A model generated the notes under the pieces. That model worked only from the letters and a program-made list of their open reading frames with translations, was not told the DNA's origin and made no database searches. Below, one piece after another: positions 25,313-26,086 of a DNA stretch of 26,086 nt (position 1 is the stretch's first letter; the number at the start of each line of letters is the position of its first letter). The position numbers and the translations under genes are program-made. Source of the DNA: Rhodospirillales bacterium (GTDB lineage: Bacteria > Pseudomonadota > Alphaproteobacteria > JAEULC01); the NCBI GenBank assembly GCA_052387895.1, contig JBQTIS010000124.1:1-26086 (forward strand), written 5' to 3'.

Positions 25313-26086
25313 GCCAGCGCCGTTCCGGCCGGCACCTTGCAGCCGCGCAGGAAAAGATCGTGCGGCATGGCCATCTTTCCGGCGCGTTGCAGGACCATCG
25401 GGCGCAGGGCGCCCCGCCCGCAGGCGATCGTCAGCTTGTCGTCCAGCACCGCGCCGGGCTCACCGTGCGCCGCCGGAACCACGCTGGCGCTCAACACCCG
25501 CACGCGCTCGGGCGCGGCATGGGCATGGGCCGGCAGCTCGAACCATGCGCCGGGGTCGGGCGCGAAGGCGCGCACGCGCCGCTCCAGCTGGGCCGCCTCC
25601 AGCTTCCAATCCAGCCGCGTTTCATGCCTGCCGATCTTGGCGGCATAGGTGACGCCCTGGTCCGGCTGCGGCACGGGCTCCAGCGTGCCGGCGGCCAGGC
25701 CTTCCAGCGCGATCACGATCAAATGCGCCCCCAGCGCCGCCAGCTTGTCGTGCAGCGTGCTCGCGGTCTCGGCCGGCGCGATATGGGCCGCCCGGTGCAG
25801 CAGCACGGGGCCGGTGTCCAGCCCCTCGTCCATGCGCATGATGGTGACGCCGGTTTCATGATCGCCCGCCAGGATCGCGCGCTGGATCGGCGCCGCGCCG
25901 CGCCAGCGCGGCAGCAGCGAGGCGTGGATGTTGACGCAGCCCAGCCGCGGCGCTTCCAACATCGTCTTGGGCAGGATCAGCCCATAGGCGGCCACGATGG
26001 CGGCGTCGAGCTTCAACGCAACGAAGTCGCGCTGCATCGCCGCGTCCTTAAGCGACGGCGGGCATGCCACGTCCAATCCCATTCCA
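25309..26086 (-). CDS. fmt: Methionyl-tRNA formyltransferase, 5'-truncated by window edge
   Basis: VAAYGLILP, NIHASLLPRWRGAAPIQRAI, MDEGLDTGP, VTYAAKI. Confidence 0.96.
   Translation of the reverse strand, partial: GMGLDVACPPSLKDAAMQRDFVALKLDAAIVAAYGLILPKTMLEAPRLGCVNIHASLLPRWRGAAPIQRAILAGDHETGVTIMRMDEGLDTGPVLLHRAAHIAPAETASTLHDKLAALGAHLIVIALEGLAAGTLEPVPQPDQGVTYAAKIGRHETRLDWKLEAAQLERRVRAFAPDPGAWFELPAHAHAAPERVRVLSASVVPAAHGEPGAVLDDKLTIACGRGALRPMVLQRAGKMAMPHDLFLRGCKVPAGTALA

Noticed and set aside
1-26086. CRISPR array, IS/transposase, integrase, rRNA
   Set aside because: No regularly spaced repeats, terminal inverted repeats with a transposase, integrase motifs or rRNA-like sequence seen

Overview
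GC-rich Alphaproteobacterial (Rhodospirillales-like, inferred) chromosomal window, mostly housekeeping: tRNA-Arg(ACG), gpt, ggt, an RlmI-type methyltransferase, rpmH-rnpA-yidD-yidC-yihA-argB, a pyrimidine 5'-nucleotidase, dapD-dapE, truA and a partial fmt. Two accessory blocks interrupt this backbone. (1) Between argB and the nucleotidase: an SDR, a YgiD-like dioxygenase and a compact three-gene Xre-HTH / Phd antitoxin / PIN toxin module with two clear sigma70 promoters, each overlapped by its own distinct palindromic operator. The Xre protein appears to carry a second, HI1420-like antidote segment. (2) Between dapE and truA: a CBS-domain gene convergent with a NirB-like (cytochrome c552/EB_dh fold, CxxCH + CxxxCH) and NapC/NirT tetraheme cytochrome pair, with FNR-like boxes and no terminal reductase in the window. 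Also notable: a frameshifted lipoprotein gene bracketed by two perfect DnaA boxes, and a DedA/VTT - flavin disulfide reductase - orphan histidine kinase operon. No CRISPR array, rRNA or transposase was seen. All family calls come from motif recognition, not database searches.
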